A stretch of 40,461 bases of DNA from Verrucomicrobiales bacterium (GCA_002728775.1 PBVU01000003.1:1-40461), one strand, 5' to 3'. Counted from the stretch's first letter, positions 1 through 9,127 are shown. Notes: generated from the letters alone by a model not told the origin. Translations and numbers: made by a program.

Positions 1-103
1 CGCCGACAGCGCCGTCCCCATGAGCCTACTGGCCGACCACCCCAACGTGCAGTTCAACTTCTACCGAGGCGGCATCGGCACCTGCGACGTGGAGATGCAT
101 TAG
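1..103 (+). CDS. 3' end of an unidentified CDS entering from upstream of the window (partial)
   Basis: The frame starting at nt 2 is open from the window edge to TAG 101-103 ([33 protein letters not shown]). It is GC3-rich like the adjacent genes. 33 aa is too short for a family call. Confidence 0.3.
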   Translation, partial: ADSAVPMSLLADHPNVQFNFYRGGIGTCDVEMH

Positions 104-105
104 GT

Positions 106-129
106 TTGTTGTAGGCGGGGCTACAGCAA
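106..129. terminator. Weak stem-loop between convergent genes (candidate bidirectional terminator)
   Basis: TTGTTGTAG (106-114) pairs with CTACAGCAA (121-129): 9 bp including one G-U, with a 6-nt GCGGGG loop. It sits between the + strand stop (101-103) and the MOSC stop (121-123). No U-tract on either side. Confidence 0.2.
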
Positions 130-609
130 CCCAATCGCATCCCCCACGCGAATCTCGCCCGACTCCACCACCTGCGCCATCACGCCTTGGCGGCCGTTTT
201 CCATGCGCTCGCGGAGACCGGGGGCCAGCTCATCCATCTTATGGCAGGGCGTGCGTGGCTCGTAAATGAACAGCAATGAGCTCCCGATGCGCACCTGTTT
301 TCCCGCCAGCGCCACGAGGTCCACGCCCTCCGTCTCAATATTGGAGCGCACGTCGCCCGGTGTGAAACCCGGATGCTCCAGCGCCTCGGCGTGCTCGGCA
401 ATTTGTTCGCGCTCGATCAGGCTCACCTGCCGCCTGGTCGGCTCGCCCGTGCGGCGGCTGAGGCGGTCGAACATCCGTCCGTTGCCGCGAATGCCCTTGC
501 CCGCGACGACCTCGATGGTGCCCACCGATGACAGCGGCGCGCCCGGTTCCGCCGGATGCAGATGGAGCGAGACAACCTTGCCCGTAGCCATCCTCATGGC
601 ATACGCCAA
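121..609 (-). CDS. MOSC domain-containing protein
   Basis: 162-aa ORF with MOSC-like features: GKVVSLHLHP near the N-terminus, RQVSLIEREQ, the conserved Cys in EPRTPCHKMD, and C-terminal GVMAQVVESGEIRVGD. The track start at 609 is TTG; an in-frame ATG at 597 is an alternative. Confidence 0.8.
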   Translation of the reverse strand: MAYAMRMATGKVVSLHLHPAEPGAPLSSVGTIEVVAGKGIRGNGRMFDRLSRRTGEPTRRQVSLIEREQIAEHAEALEHPGFTPGDVRSNIETEGVDLVALAGKQVRIGSSLLFIYEPRTPCHKMDELAPGLRERMENGRQGVMAQVVESGEIRVGDAIGLL

Positions 610-630
610 CCGCGTGCAAACCGCAATGCC

Positions 631-658
631 TTGCCCTCGGCCGGGCCGCCCCTATAAT
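631..658 (+). promoter_or_regulatory. Sigma70-like promoter for serS (-35 TTGCCC, 16-nt spacer, perfect -10 TATAAT)
   Basis: TTGCCC at 631-636 and TATAAT at 653-658, within otherwise GC-rich DNA. The serS ATG (667) begins 9 nt after the last T of the -10 box. No Shine-Dalgarno sequence fits in between. Confidence 0.45.
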
Positions 659-666
659 TCGCGCCG

Positions 667-1965
667 ATGTTGGACATCAAGTACATCCGCGCCCAGCCCG
701 ACGAGGCCAAAGAACGCCTGGAAGCCCGAGGCGAGGAGGGCGCCCGTATCGATGAACTGCTCGCGCTGGACGAAAAGCGCCGCGCGCTGGTCACGGAAGT
801 GGAGCAGTTGCAGTCGCAGCGCAACGCCGCCTCCAGGGAGATCGGCGCGTTGATGGGGCAGGGGAACAAGGACGAGGCCGAGGGGAAGAAGGCCGAGGTG
901 CGCGAGATTGGCGACCGCATCACCGCGCTCAACGCGGAAAAGGACGGCGCGGAGAAGACGTTCCATGACTTGATTTTAACACTGCCCAACCTCGCCCACG
1001 AGACAGTTCCCGTCGGCCCCGACGAAAGCGCCAACACCGAGCTGAAGACCCATGGTGAAAAGCCCGCGTTTGACTTCGAGCCCAAGAGTCACATTGACCT
1101 GTGCGATTCGCTCGGCCTCATCGACTTTGAGCGAGGCGCCAAGTTGTCCGGCAGCGGCTTTCTGCTTTACACCGGCTGGGGCGCGCGGCTGGAGCGGGCG
1201 ACGATCCAGTTCCTGCTCGACCTCCACGTCCACGAGCACGGCTACACCGAGATCAGCCCACCCTTCATGGTTTACGCCGACTGCATGGAAGGCGTCGGGC
1301 AGTTCCCCAAGTTTCTCGACCAAGCCTACGCCATCCAGGAGGGTCTCGACAGCGAGAGTCTCGGCAAGCGTTACCTCATCCCCACCGCCGAGGCGCCCGT
1401 CGCCAACCTGCATCGCGAGGAGATTTTAAACGCCGATGAGCTGCCCAAGAACTACTGCGCCTACAGTCCCTGTTTCCGCGCCGAGGCCGGCGCCGCCGGC
1501 ATGGCCACACGCGGCATGATCCGCGTGCACCAGTTTGACAAGGTGGAACTGATCAAGGTCGTCCAGCCCGGAGACGGCTACACCGCGCTGGAAGACATGC
1601 TGGCCAACGCCGAGAAAGTCCTGCAACTCCTCGGTCTGCACTACCGCGTGATCACCTTGAGCACCGGCGACATGGGCTTCGCCGCCGCCAAGACCTACGA
1701 CATCGAGGTATGGGCACCGGGGCAGGGCAGCTACCTCGAGGTCAGCAGTATCTCCAACACCGAGGACTTCCAGGCCCGCCGCATGAAGCTGCGCTTCAAG
1801 TCCGAAGAAGGCGGCAACCAACATCCGCATGTGCTGAATGGTAGCGGAGTGGCCCTCGCGCGTCTGTTCGTCGCCGTCATCGAGACCCACCAGCAGCCCG
1901 ACGGCTCCATCGTCATCCCCGAGCCCCTACGCGACTATCTCAAGGCCGACCGCATCGCCCCCTGA
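667..1965 (+). CDS. serS: Seryl-tRNA synthetase
   Basis: 432 aa. N-terminal coiled-coil arm (MLDIKYIRAQPDEAKERLEARG...). Class II core motifs are present (FRAEAGAAG..TRGMIRVHQFDKVE; GSGVALARL near the C-terminus). Confidence 0.97.
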   Translation: MLDIKYIRAQPDEAKERLEARGEEGARIDELLALDEKRRALVTEVEQLQSQRNAASREIGALMGQGNKDEAEGKKAEVREIGDRITALNAEKDGAEKTFHDLILTLPNLAHETVPVGPDESANTELKTHGEKPAFDFEPKSHIDLCDSLGLIDFERGAKLSGSGFLLYTGWGARLERATIQFLLDLHVHEHGYTEISPPFMVYADCMEGVGQFPKFLDQAYAIQEGLDSESLGKRYLIPTAEAPVANLHREEILNADELPKNYCAYSPCFRAEAGAAGMATRGMIRVHQFDKVELIKVVQPGDGYTALEDMLANAEKVLQLLGLHYRVITLSTGDMGFAAAKTYDIEVWAPGQGSYLEVSSISNTEDFQARRMKLRFKSEEGGNQHPHVLNGSGVALARLFVAVIETHQQPDGSIVIPEPLRDYLKADRIAP

Positions 1966-1969
1966 CGCC

Positions 1970-3403
1970 ATGCACATCCTGCAGGCGACCAGCGAATTCT
2001 ACCCCTACTCCAAGACCGGCGGCCTGGCCGACATGGTCGCCGGTCTGTCCTGTGCGCTGGCGAATGCGGGCCACAAGTTGACTGTCATCACGCCTCTCTA
2101 TAGATCTATCAATGATTTTATAATTAATCGATCAGGGATCCCCATGCAGCTTGATATTGAGTTGGGGGCGGAGAGCATTCGCGGCAGGTTAATTCCATAT
2201 GAAACTGGGGAGGGGATCAGGGTCTACTTCGTTGAACAAAAGGATTTTTTTGATCGCCAAGGAATTTATATGGAGAACGGCGAAGGGTATCCAGATAACC
2301 CGGATCGATTTATTTTTCTCTCTAAGGCGGCGTGCCGGTTGTCGGAAATGCTGCCTGATGCACCAGATGTATTGCATTGTCATGATTGGCAAACCGCGAT
2401 GATTCCATTGCTGAATGGCGGGCGAATTCCAACCTGCCTGACCATCCACAATTTGGCGTATCAAGGTGCTTGTGCGCCCGACAAATTCGAACTCACAAAT
2501 CTTCCAGGGCAGTACTTCACTCACAAGTATGCGGAATATTTCCAGCAGTTTAACCCGTTGAAAGCAGGTATAATATCGACTGATTCATTGACAACAGTCA
2601 GCCCTGGGTATGCCGAGGAGATTGTAACCCGGGATTTTGGTGAGGGTTTGGAAGGAGAGCTTTCCGGCAGAGCTGATGGATTAACAGGAATATTGAATGG
2701 GGTGGATTATTCTCAATGGAGGACGGATGAGAACCCTCACCTCAAGCATGGATATTGCGCGAAAAATATGGATGGAAAAGAAAGAATTAAGTTGGATTTA
2801 TTAGATTTTTTAGATTTAGAAGATGCATCAAAATCCCCACTATTCTGCTATATTGGGCGACTTGCAGATCAAAAAGGATTACATTTGCTTTATGATGTCT
2901 TAAGAAAATGGCTCCCCGAAAATGATGCCAGTTTTGTTCTTCTGGGGACTGGCGATATTCATCTGGAATCTGTATTTAGGGAACTTTCAACGGAACTTCC
3001 TGGCAAGGTTCGGGCTCTTGTTCAGTATAGCGAACCGCTTGCGCATCGGATCAAAGCGGCAGCTGATTTTTTCCTGATGCCGTCAAAATTTGAGCCTTGT
3101 GGGTTGAATCAAATTTATAGTCTTCGATATGGAACAGTGCCTATTGTTAATGCCGTGGGTGGCTTGAATGACACAGTATCACCGTTAACTCCACAATATG
3201 AGAATGGGACTGGTTTCGTATTTCACCACCATTCGCCAGCTGGATTAACTCAATGCTTGGACTCGGCTGTCAGGTTGTTCAAATCTCCCGATTGCCTGAA
3301 AAATGTCAGGGAAAGGGGCATGGAGGTGGACTGGGGGTGGAGCGAATCGATTAAAAAATATGAGGCAATCTATGAAACGCTACTGAAACCCACCCGGCCC
3401 TAA
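1970..3403 (+). CDS. glgA: Glycogen (starch) synthase, ADP-glucose type
   Basis: The ATG at 1970 gives MHILQATSEFYPYSKTGGLADMVAGL, the canonical KTGGLAD motif. HCHDWQTA and the C-terminal GT-B motifs (MPSKFEPCGLNQIYSLRYGTVPIV..VGGLNDTV) are also present. The track ORF start at 1838 would overlap serS and is not used. Confidence 0.93.
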   Translation: MHILQATSEFYPYSKTGGLADMVAGLSCALANAGHKLTVITPLYRSINDFIINRSGIPMQLDIELGAESIRGRLIPYETGEGIRVYFVEQKDFFDRQGIYMENGEGYPDNPDRFIFLSKAACRLSEMLPDAPDVLHCHDWQTAMIPLLNGGRIPTCLTIHNLAYQGACAPDKFELTNLPGQYFTHKYAEYFQQFNPLKAGIISTDSLTTVSPGYAEEIVTRDFGEGLEGELSGRADGLTGILNGVDYSQWRTDENPHLKHGYCAKNMDGKERIKLDLLDFLDLEDASKSPLFCYIGRLADQKGLHLLYDVLRKWLPENDASFVLLGTGDIHLESVFRELSTELPGKVRALVQYSEPLAHRIKAAADFFLMPSKFEPCGLNQIYSLRYGTVPIVNAVGGLNDTVSPLTPQYENGTGFVFHHHSPAGLTQCLDSAVRLFKSPDCLKNVRERGMEVDWGWSESIKKYEAIYETLLKPTRP

Positions 3404-3452
3404 ACTAGATATAACATTTATTGTGCGAAAAATTACGCATGTGTGAATGTTG

Positions 3453-5165
3453 TTAGGCGGGATTATTATGCTCAATCCCGTGCCAAGGGTTTGGGAGTCG
3501 GAATAGCCACCAAATTGAAACAAGAAGCGCTGCGATGGAGGTAATTGCGGCAGTCCAATTCAGCCAGCCAAATAGATTTGCACCTTCGGGTTTGTCGGGG
3601 TCTGGAAGGAAAGGCCAATAGACGAAAAAAGGGTTGCCGATCAAATTTCTCTCAGGAACTTCGCCCCACATTCTGGAGTCTAAACTGTTTTCCGTATTGT
3701 CTCCCATAGCCCAGTAGCCTTTGCCGGGCACGTCTGTCCAGTCGGTGGACTTAACATGCTGAATTTGACGATCGAATGGTGTCTGATTTTTATATATTGC
3801 CAGTGGCAAATGGCCGAAATAGCCGGCTCTCAACCGATTCACATGACCCGTAAAATGGGGATATTCTAACTGTTGATTTGCCAGGAAAACTTTGCGTGTT
3901 GGCGTTGTGTTCTTGTTCTCTAGGTTGCCTTGAAACAGCTTATTTTTTGTTACCTGCATTTCCTGAGGCAGGTTGTACAAATGTTCAAAATTCTTGGTGC
4001 TTCCATCCAGGGTAATGCCATCTATCCTGACATGATGGTCCACAATGGGCATGGCTGGGACGGAACGGGATTCACCGGGTTGTAACTCAATTGGGTCATC
4101 CGGATTTACTGCCGGTCGATAGCCTGTGGTTGTGTCCCGGTCGAATTTCAGTCCAAGGTTCAGGTTTGGAAAATGTTCCTGGCCGGAAATCGTCACGGGA
4201 ATATTCACGGAATTGGTGACTGTGAAATTCTGTGGAGGAAAGTCGGGGCCGCCTATGCTCATCCTCTCACCATCGAATCCAATCAGCCGCTTGATATAGA
4301 ACTGATTGTCTGTGCCCTGATCCTTCATGTATTTTATATTGCGTGTTTCAAAGACAATGATTTCTCCTCGCTTGGGTTTTCGGAAGTTATAAACCATGCG
4401 ATCCACGAAAAGGTGGTCTCCCGTCTTGACGCAGAATTTCAGGACGTCGTCCCCGGCCTGAAAATTCCTTCTCAATATTACGGACTGTTCGCCCAGTTTG
4501 GTGTCAGGCATGAATGCCAAGGGGATATTCGTCGAGGTTTTATAGGGAGGATTGTCGAAGTAACTGTACCAGATTTTACGCTGTATTGGCGCGCCGCTGT
4601 CCTTGTCTTCAAAATAGAATGTTTGTGATCCCCAAGGCTTGGCAATGGAAACGGGTGTGGGCGGGGCGACTTCAATGAGTTCCCAGTTGCCTTCAGCCTT
4701 CAGGTGATACCAAGTCGTGCCACGGAACCACTCCCCCACCCTGCCCGGCCAGCTTGGCACTGGGCGCTCATCCACATCGATCAAATTGACGTGCGTGATG
4801 CCATACAGAGTCGGCTGCATTGAGCCAGTGGGAATCTTGAATGGCTGGAGAAAAAAGGCGCGAAATGCAATTACGGAGACGAATACCACCAGAAACATCT
4901 CCACCGTCTCTCGCATCCATGAATCAGGGTGCGGCTTGAGGTATCGCCCGGCTTCATTCAATTCTCGTTCCGTGGTTTCCTGAAGTTTCTCCCGCGATAT
5001 GGATGATTCGATGGCATGCCGCATCCTCTCCAAGGCGGCTGCGGTCTTTTCGCGCTCTGTCTCCGTCAATAAATCGCGTTGCTCTTGAAGCATCTTATGG
5101 GCCTGTTTGTAGCTTTCTACAGACCTGCGTAGAGTCTTTGAAATGAGCCAGCGTAGCACCCACAT
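3453..5165 (-). CDS. lepB: Signal peptidase I (S26), unusually long form
   Basis: Contains the catalytic Ser box PTGSMQPTL, GDHLFVDRMVY, the Lys box FYIKRLIG and box E GDNTENSLDSR. It lies 4 nt downstream of lepA, the conserved lepA-lepB arrangement. 570 aa with large extra segments. Confidence 0.85.
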   Translation of the reverse strand: MWVLRWLISKTLRRSVESYKQAHKMLQEQRDLLTETEREKTAAALERMRHAIESSISREKLQETTERELNEAGRYLKPHPDSWMRETVEMFLVVFVSVIAFRAFFLQPFKIPTGSMQPTLYGITHVNLIDVDERPVPSWPGRVGEWFRGTTWYHLKAEGNWELIEVAPPTPVSIAKPWGSQTFYFEDKDSGAPIQRKIWYSYFDNPPYKTSTNIPLAFMPDTKLGEQSVILRRNFQAGDDVLKFCVKTGDHLFVDRMVYNFRKPKRGEIIVFETRNIKYMKDQGTDNQFYIKRLIGFDGERMSIGGPDFPPQNFTVTNSVNIPVTISGQEHFPNLNLGLKFDRDTTTGYRPAVNPDDPIELQPGESRSVPAMPIVDHHVRIDGITLDGSTKNFEHLYNLPQEMQVTKNKLFQGNLENKNTTPTRKVFLANQQLEYPHFTGHVNRLRAGYFGHLPLAIYKNQTPFDRQIQHVKSTDWTDVPGKGYWAMGDNTENSLDSRMWGEVPERNLIGNPFFVYWPFLPDPDKPEGANLFGWLNWTAAITSIAALLVSIWWLFRLPNPWHGIEHNNPA

Positions 5166-5169
5166 AAGC

Positions 5170-6960
5170 TTATGCCTTTAAGACCTCCACAAAGGCTTCT
5201 TGAGGGATATTGACCGTGCCGATGGCTTTCATCTTTTTTTTGCCTTCCTTTTGCTTTTCTAGGAGCTTTCGTTTTCGGGTGATATCACCGCCGTAACATT
5301 TTGCTGTGACATCCTTGCGCAGTGCTCCTACGGTTTCCCTAGCGATCACTTTGCCGCCAATAGCTGCCTGAATGGCCACCTTGAATTGCTGCCGGGGCAC
5401 AACATCCTTGAGCTTGGCGGCGAGCGAGCGCCCTCGCTGCTCTGCCTTGTCGCGATGTACGATGGAGGAAAAGGCATCGACAGGCTCGCCGTTCACCATC
5501 ATCTCCATCTTCACCATCTTGGCTTCTTGGTGGCCGACATGCTCATAGTCCATGGAGCCGTAGCCCCGTGTTATGCTCTTAATTCGGTCGTGGAAATCGA
5601 TCAGGATTTCGCTCAGGGGCAAAGCGCACTCCAGCATGACGCGCTGATTGTCAATGGTTTCGGTGTGGTCGAGCAATCCACGCTTTTCGCCAATGAGGTT
5701 CATGATGTCCCCGATGTACTCGTTTGGGCAGATGAGAAATGCCTTCACAATTGGCTCCTCAATGGTCGTGATGAGATTGGGTTCAGGCAACAGTACGGGA
5801 TTGTCAATCATGTGGACTGAGCCGTCCGTCATAGTCACGCGGTAAACAACGCTGGGGTATGTGGCAATGATGTCCATGCCGTACTCCCGCCTCAAGCGTT
5901 CCTGAATAATCTCTAGATGCAGCAGGCCGAGAAAACCGCAACGAAAGCCAAAGCCCAAGGCGACAGAACTTTCCTGTTGATAAACAAAGGCTGGATCGTT
6001 GAGTTGAAGTTTGGCCAAGCTAGATTGCAGCTCCTCAAAGTCACTGGTGTTGATGGGATATATTCCGCTGAACACCATTGGCTGGGTTTCTTTAAACCCG
6101 GGCAACGCGTCCGCGGGCTGGCGCGCGTCGGTGATCGTGTCGCCCAGTTTGAGGTCCTTTGGGGTTTTTAGATTGGAGACAAAATAACCGGTTTCCCCGG
6201 CGCAGAGCCGATCCCGGGTGTATGGCTTGGGGCCAAAGCTGCCGACTTCTTTCACTTCCAGTGTTCGATCTGTGTGAAGAAGCTTGATGTTCCGCCCTGC
6301 TTCGAGAACACCGTCCATAATACGAATCAATGTGACAACGCCTCTGTAGGTGTCGTAATAGGAATCAAATGCCAGAGCTTGCAGGCGGCCGTGGCCGGGC
6401 TTGGCTGGAGGGGGCACACGTTCAATAATCGCCTCGAGAATCTCCTCAATGCCTGTGCCCTCCTTGGCGCTGCAACAAATGGCGGTCTCGGCGGGGATGG
6501 CCAACACATCTTCAAGTTGCTGCTTGGCGCGATCAACGTCTGCCGTGGGAAGATCGATCTTGTTGATGACGGGAATGATTTCCAGTTCCTGCCCCAAGGC
6601 GAGATGGACGTTGGCCACGGTTTGAGCTTCAACACCTTGAGCGGCATCAATGATCAGTAACGCTCCCTCGCAGGCGCTCAAACTCCTGGAGACTTCATAG
6701 GCAAAATCAACATGCCCGGGAGTGTCAATCAGGTTGAGTTCGTAATCATTACCATCCTGAGCCCGGTAATTCATGGTCACAGGGTGCGCTTTAATCGTGA
6801 TGCCGCGCTCCCTCTCCAGTTCCATGGAGTCCAACATCTGGTCCTGGATTTCGCGTTCTGACACCAGACCCGTTCGCAGCAAAAGCTGATCCGACAAGGT
6901 GGTCTTGCCGTGGTCTATGTGCGCAATAATGCTAAAATTTCGGATGCGATCCGTTTCCAT
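5170..6960 (-). CDS. lepA: Elongation factor 4 (LepA)
   Basis: The ATG at 6960 gives METDRIRNFSIIAHIDHGKTTLSD (G1 motif). DTPGHVDF (G3) and NKID (G4) are present, as is the LepA-specific C-terminal domain. The track start at 6969 is TTG, 3 codons upstream. Confidence 0.97.
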   Translation of the reverse strand: METDRIRNFSIIAHIDHGKTTLSDQLLLRTGLVSEREIQDQMLDSMELERERGITIKAHPVTMNYRAQDGNDYELNLIDTPGHVDFAYEVSRSLSACEGALLIIDAAQGVEAQTVANVHLALGQELEIIPVINKIDLPTADVDRAKQQLEDVLAIPAETAICCSAKEGTGIEEILEAIIERVPPPAKPGHGRLQALAFDSYYDTYRGVVTLIRIMDGVLEAGRNIKLLHTDRTLEVKEVGSFGPKPYTRDRLCAGETGYFVSNLKTPKDLKLGDTITDARQPADALPGFKETQPMVFSGIYPINTSDFEELQSSLAKLQLNDPAFVYQQESSVALGFGFRCGFLGLLHLEIIQERLRREYGMDIIATYPSVVYRVTMTDGSVHMIDNPVLLPEPNLITTIEEPIVKAFLICPNEYIGDIMNLIGEKRGLLDHTETIDNQRVMLECALPLSEILIDFHDRIKSITRGYGSMDYEHVGHQEAKMVKMEMMVNGEPVDAFSSIVHRDKAEQRGRSLAAKLKDVVPRQQFKVAIQAAIGGKVIARETVGALRKDVTAKCYGGDITRKRKLLEKQKEGKKKMKAIGTVNIPQEAFVEVLKA

Positions 6961-7028
6961 GGAGTACAACCCCTCTGGGCAGGCGCGAAGATAGCTGCAT
7001 TTCAGCGCAAGAAAAGGCCAAACTCAAC

Positions 7029-8441
7029 TCAGGCAAACTTATTGGCCACCTTTTTGCCGAGGGAAAGAAGTTTCCTGACCCGGTCTTCGGTGTTTGCCTC
7101 CGCATAAATCCTTAGCACGGGTTCTGTTCCGGAGCCACGCCACATCAGCCAGCTTCCATTCGCAGCTGTCAACTTGACTCCATCGTACTCATCTATTCGG
7201 CAAATTGGTGAGCCGAGCAGCTTGGTCGGCGGATTTTGAGAGCAATGCCTCATAAGCGATGCTCGCTTGTTCAGTGGATAATGAAGATCAGCTCTTCTAT
7301 ACCTGTGCGGGCCGTAGGACTTCTCCAATCTGCGCAGGAGGCTGGTTAGTGATCGCCTCTCAACGGCGAGCATTTCGAGCACCATCAAGCCAGCAAGGAT
7401 ACCGTCACGTTCCGGCAAGTGGTCGGGGAACCCAATTCCTCCGCTTTCCTCAAATCCTAGGAGGACTTTGCCCTTGAGGATTTCTGCGCAGATGTACTTG
7501 AAGCCAACACCTGTCTCGATAAGCGGAAGTCCATGATCCTCGCAAATCTTGTCGACCATGGAGGTGGTGGTCAGCGCTTTCACAACCTTTCCTCTGCCCC
7601 TTCGATTCATCACAAAATGATCCAGCAAGAGGGAGATTATTTGGTGTGTGGTTAGCGGTTCGCCACGACCGTCCATGCCTCCGATCCTGTCTGCATCGCC
7701 ATCCGTCACGAGGCAAAAATCAACGGGATTTTTTTCGAGAGCTTTGGATGTGGTTCCGTAGTTTTGAGGGATGGGCTCAGGCGAGAGCCCTCCAAAATGT
7801 GGGTCATGGCATCCATTGTACGTTTGGACATGGCAGGATGTCCCCGCCAGGAGGTCGTTCATACAGCCGGCTCCAGCTCCAAACAAAGCATCGTGTCCCA
7901 GTTTAATCCCCGAGCGGGATATGGCTTCAAAATCAACGAGTTTCTTTAACTCATAAAAATAACCTGGCAGAATATTGACTGTCTTTACTCTACCCGAGCG
8001 CTTCGAAGAGGGGGATTGAGGTTTGCCTTTGCCAAGGAAAGATTCAACTTCTGCGCAGAGTTCCGGGGATGCAGGCCCGCCATGATGGTCTTTTAGCTTA
8101 AACCCATTAAATCTGGGAGGATTGTGGCTTGCGGTTAGGACAATGCCGCCACGTGCTTTTTGGGTGACAACCGCATGAGAGATAGCAGGAGTCGGCGTTG
8201 GTCGATCAGTGAGAATCACCTCATAGCCATTTTTACACAGCACATCCGCGGATGCAGCCGCGAATTGGTTGGAGAGAAACCGACGATCATAGCCGATAAC
8301 CATGCGCTTGGCGCCTTTTCTTCTTCCAAAAAAATCCGCTGCTGCCTGCGTAACTCTGCCAACGTTTTCAAACGTAAAATCTTCGGCCATGACAGCCCTC
8401 CAGCCATCTGTGCCAAAATGAATCTCGCCCTCCTGCCCCAT
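7029..8441 (-). CDS. Alpha-D-phosphohexomutase (phosphoglucomutase/phosphomannomutase family)
   Basis: Contains FGTDGWR, the phosphoserine loop LTASHNPPRFNGFK, the Mg loop TDGDADR, the sugar loop FEESGG and the phosphate loop RGSGTEP. Loop sequences look more PGM/PMM-like than GlmM-like (GlmM has SASHNP..DNGIK). Confidence 0.88.
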   Translation of the reverse strand: MGQEGEIHFGTDGWRAVMAEDFTFENVGRVTQAAADFFGRRKGAKRMVIGYDRRFLSNQFAAASADVLCKNGYEVILTDRPTPTPAISHAVVTQKARGGIVLTASHNPPRFNGFKLKDHHGGPASPELCAEVESFLGKGKPQSPSSKRSGRVKTVNILPGYFYELKKLVDFEAISRSGIKLGHDALFGAGAGCMNDLLAGTSCHVQTYNGCHDPHFGGLSPEPIPQNYGTTSKALEKNPVDFCLVTDGDADRIGGMDGRGEPLTTHQIISLLLDHFVMNRRGRGKVVKALTTTSMVDKICEDHGLPLIETGVGFKYICAEILKGKVLLGFEESGGIGFPDHLPERDGILAGLMVLEMLAVERRSLTSLLRRLEKSYGPHRYRRADLHYPLNKRASLMRHCSQNPPTKLLGSPICRIDEYDGVKLTAANGSWLMWRGSGTEPVLRIYAEANTEDRVRKLLSLGKKVANKFA

Positions 8442-9127
8442 CAGTTCACATTTCCCATTAATGTTGGTCGGCGGTTGTGCTCGACAATTTCCCGCATTTT
8501 TTTAACGGCCCCCTTCATGTTCTTCTTGCTGAAAAGACCTGTGCCGCTGACAAAGGTATCGGCCCCCATTTTTGCGCAATCAGCAGCGTTCTTGGTGGTT
8601 ATACCTCCGTCAACTTCAATCCGGAATCCCAAGCCGCGAGATTGCCTCCATTCCCATGACTGATTGATTTTGGGAAGGCATTCACGGATGAAAGATTGAC
8701 CGCCGAAGCCAGGGTTAACGGTCATGACTAGAAGAATATCTATTTTGTCCAAGTGCGGCTCCGCCGAGTCAATTGTAGTCGGTGGGTTAACCGCTAGGCC
8801 CGCACGGCAGTTCAGGGACTTGATTTGCCACAATAACTCAGGCACTCGCTCTCCCAGTTCGGCATGAATTGTAATTTGATCGGCTCCCGCTTGGGCGAAC
8901 GATTCTAGTAAAATCTCCGGACGTGAGCACATCAAGTGGACATCAAAGAATGATTTTACGTGTGGACGCAGGGATTGGACAACATCGGGGCCGAATGTGA
9001 TGTTCGGGACAAAATGGCCGTCCATGACGTCTATATGCAGCCACTCACCACCTGCGCGCTCTGCACGTTTTGCCTCTGAAGACAATTTGCCGAAATCTCC
9101 CGCCAGCAAGGAAGGCGCAATGACCAT
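8441..9127 (-). CDS. rpe: Ribulose-phosphate 3-epimerase
   Basis: 228 aa with PSLLAGDF, HIDVMDGHFVPNITFG, MTVNPGFGGQSF and VDGGI. Its stop overlaps the downstream phosphohexomutase ATG by 1 nt. Confidence 0.93.
   Translation of the reverse strand: MVIAPSLLAGDFGKLSSEAKRAERAGGEWLHIDVMDGHFVPNITFGPDVVQSLRPHVKSFFDVHLMCSRPEILLESFAQAGADQITIHAELGERVPELLWQIKSLNCRAGLAVNPPTTIDSAEPHLDKIDILLVMTVNPGFGGQSFIRECLPKINQSWEWRQSRGLGFRIEVDGGITTKNAADCAKMGADTFVSGTGLFSKKNMKGAVKKMREIVEHNRRPTLMGNVN

Noticed and set aside
266-853. A 195-aa + strand ORF spanning the MOSC gene and the serS start.
   Set aside because: It is antisense to MOSC and out of frame with serS. The product is Ser/Arg/Pro-rich, as expected for a spurious frame in GC-rich DNA.
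1838-1969. An N-terminal extension of the glgA ORF (44 extra codons).
   Set aside because: It overlaps the 3' end of serS, and its sequence is an S/P-rich out-of-frame reading of serS. The ATG at 1970 yields the canonical glycogen synthase N-terminus.
3404-3452. A possible terminator hairpin between convergent glgA and lepB (ACATT..TGCG-AAAAATTA-CGCA..AATGT).
   Set aside because: It has only 4-5-bp stems interrupted by internal loops in AT-rich sequence. That is too weak to call.
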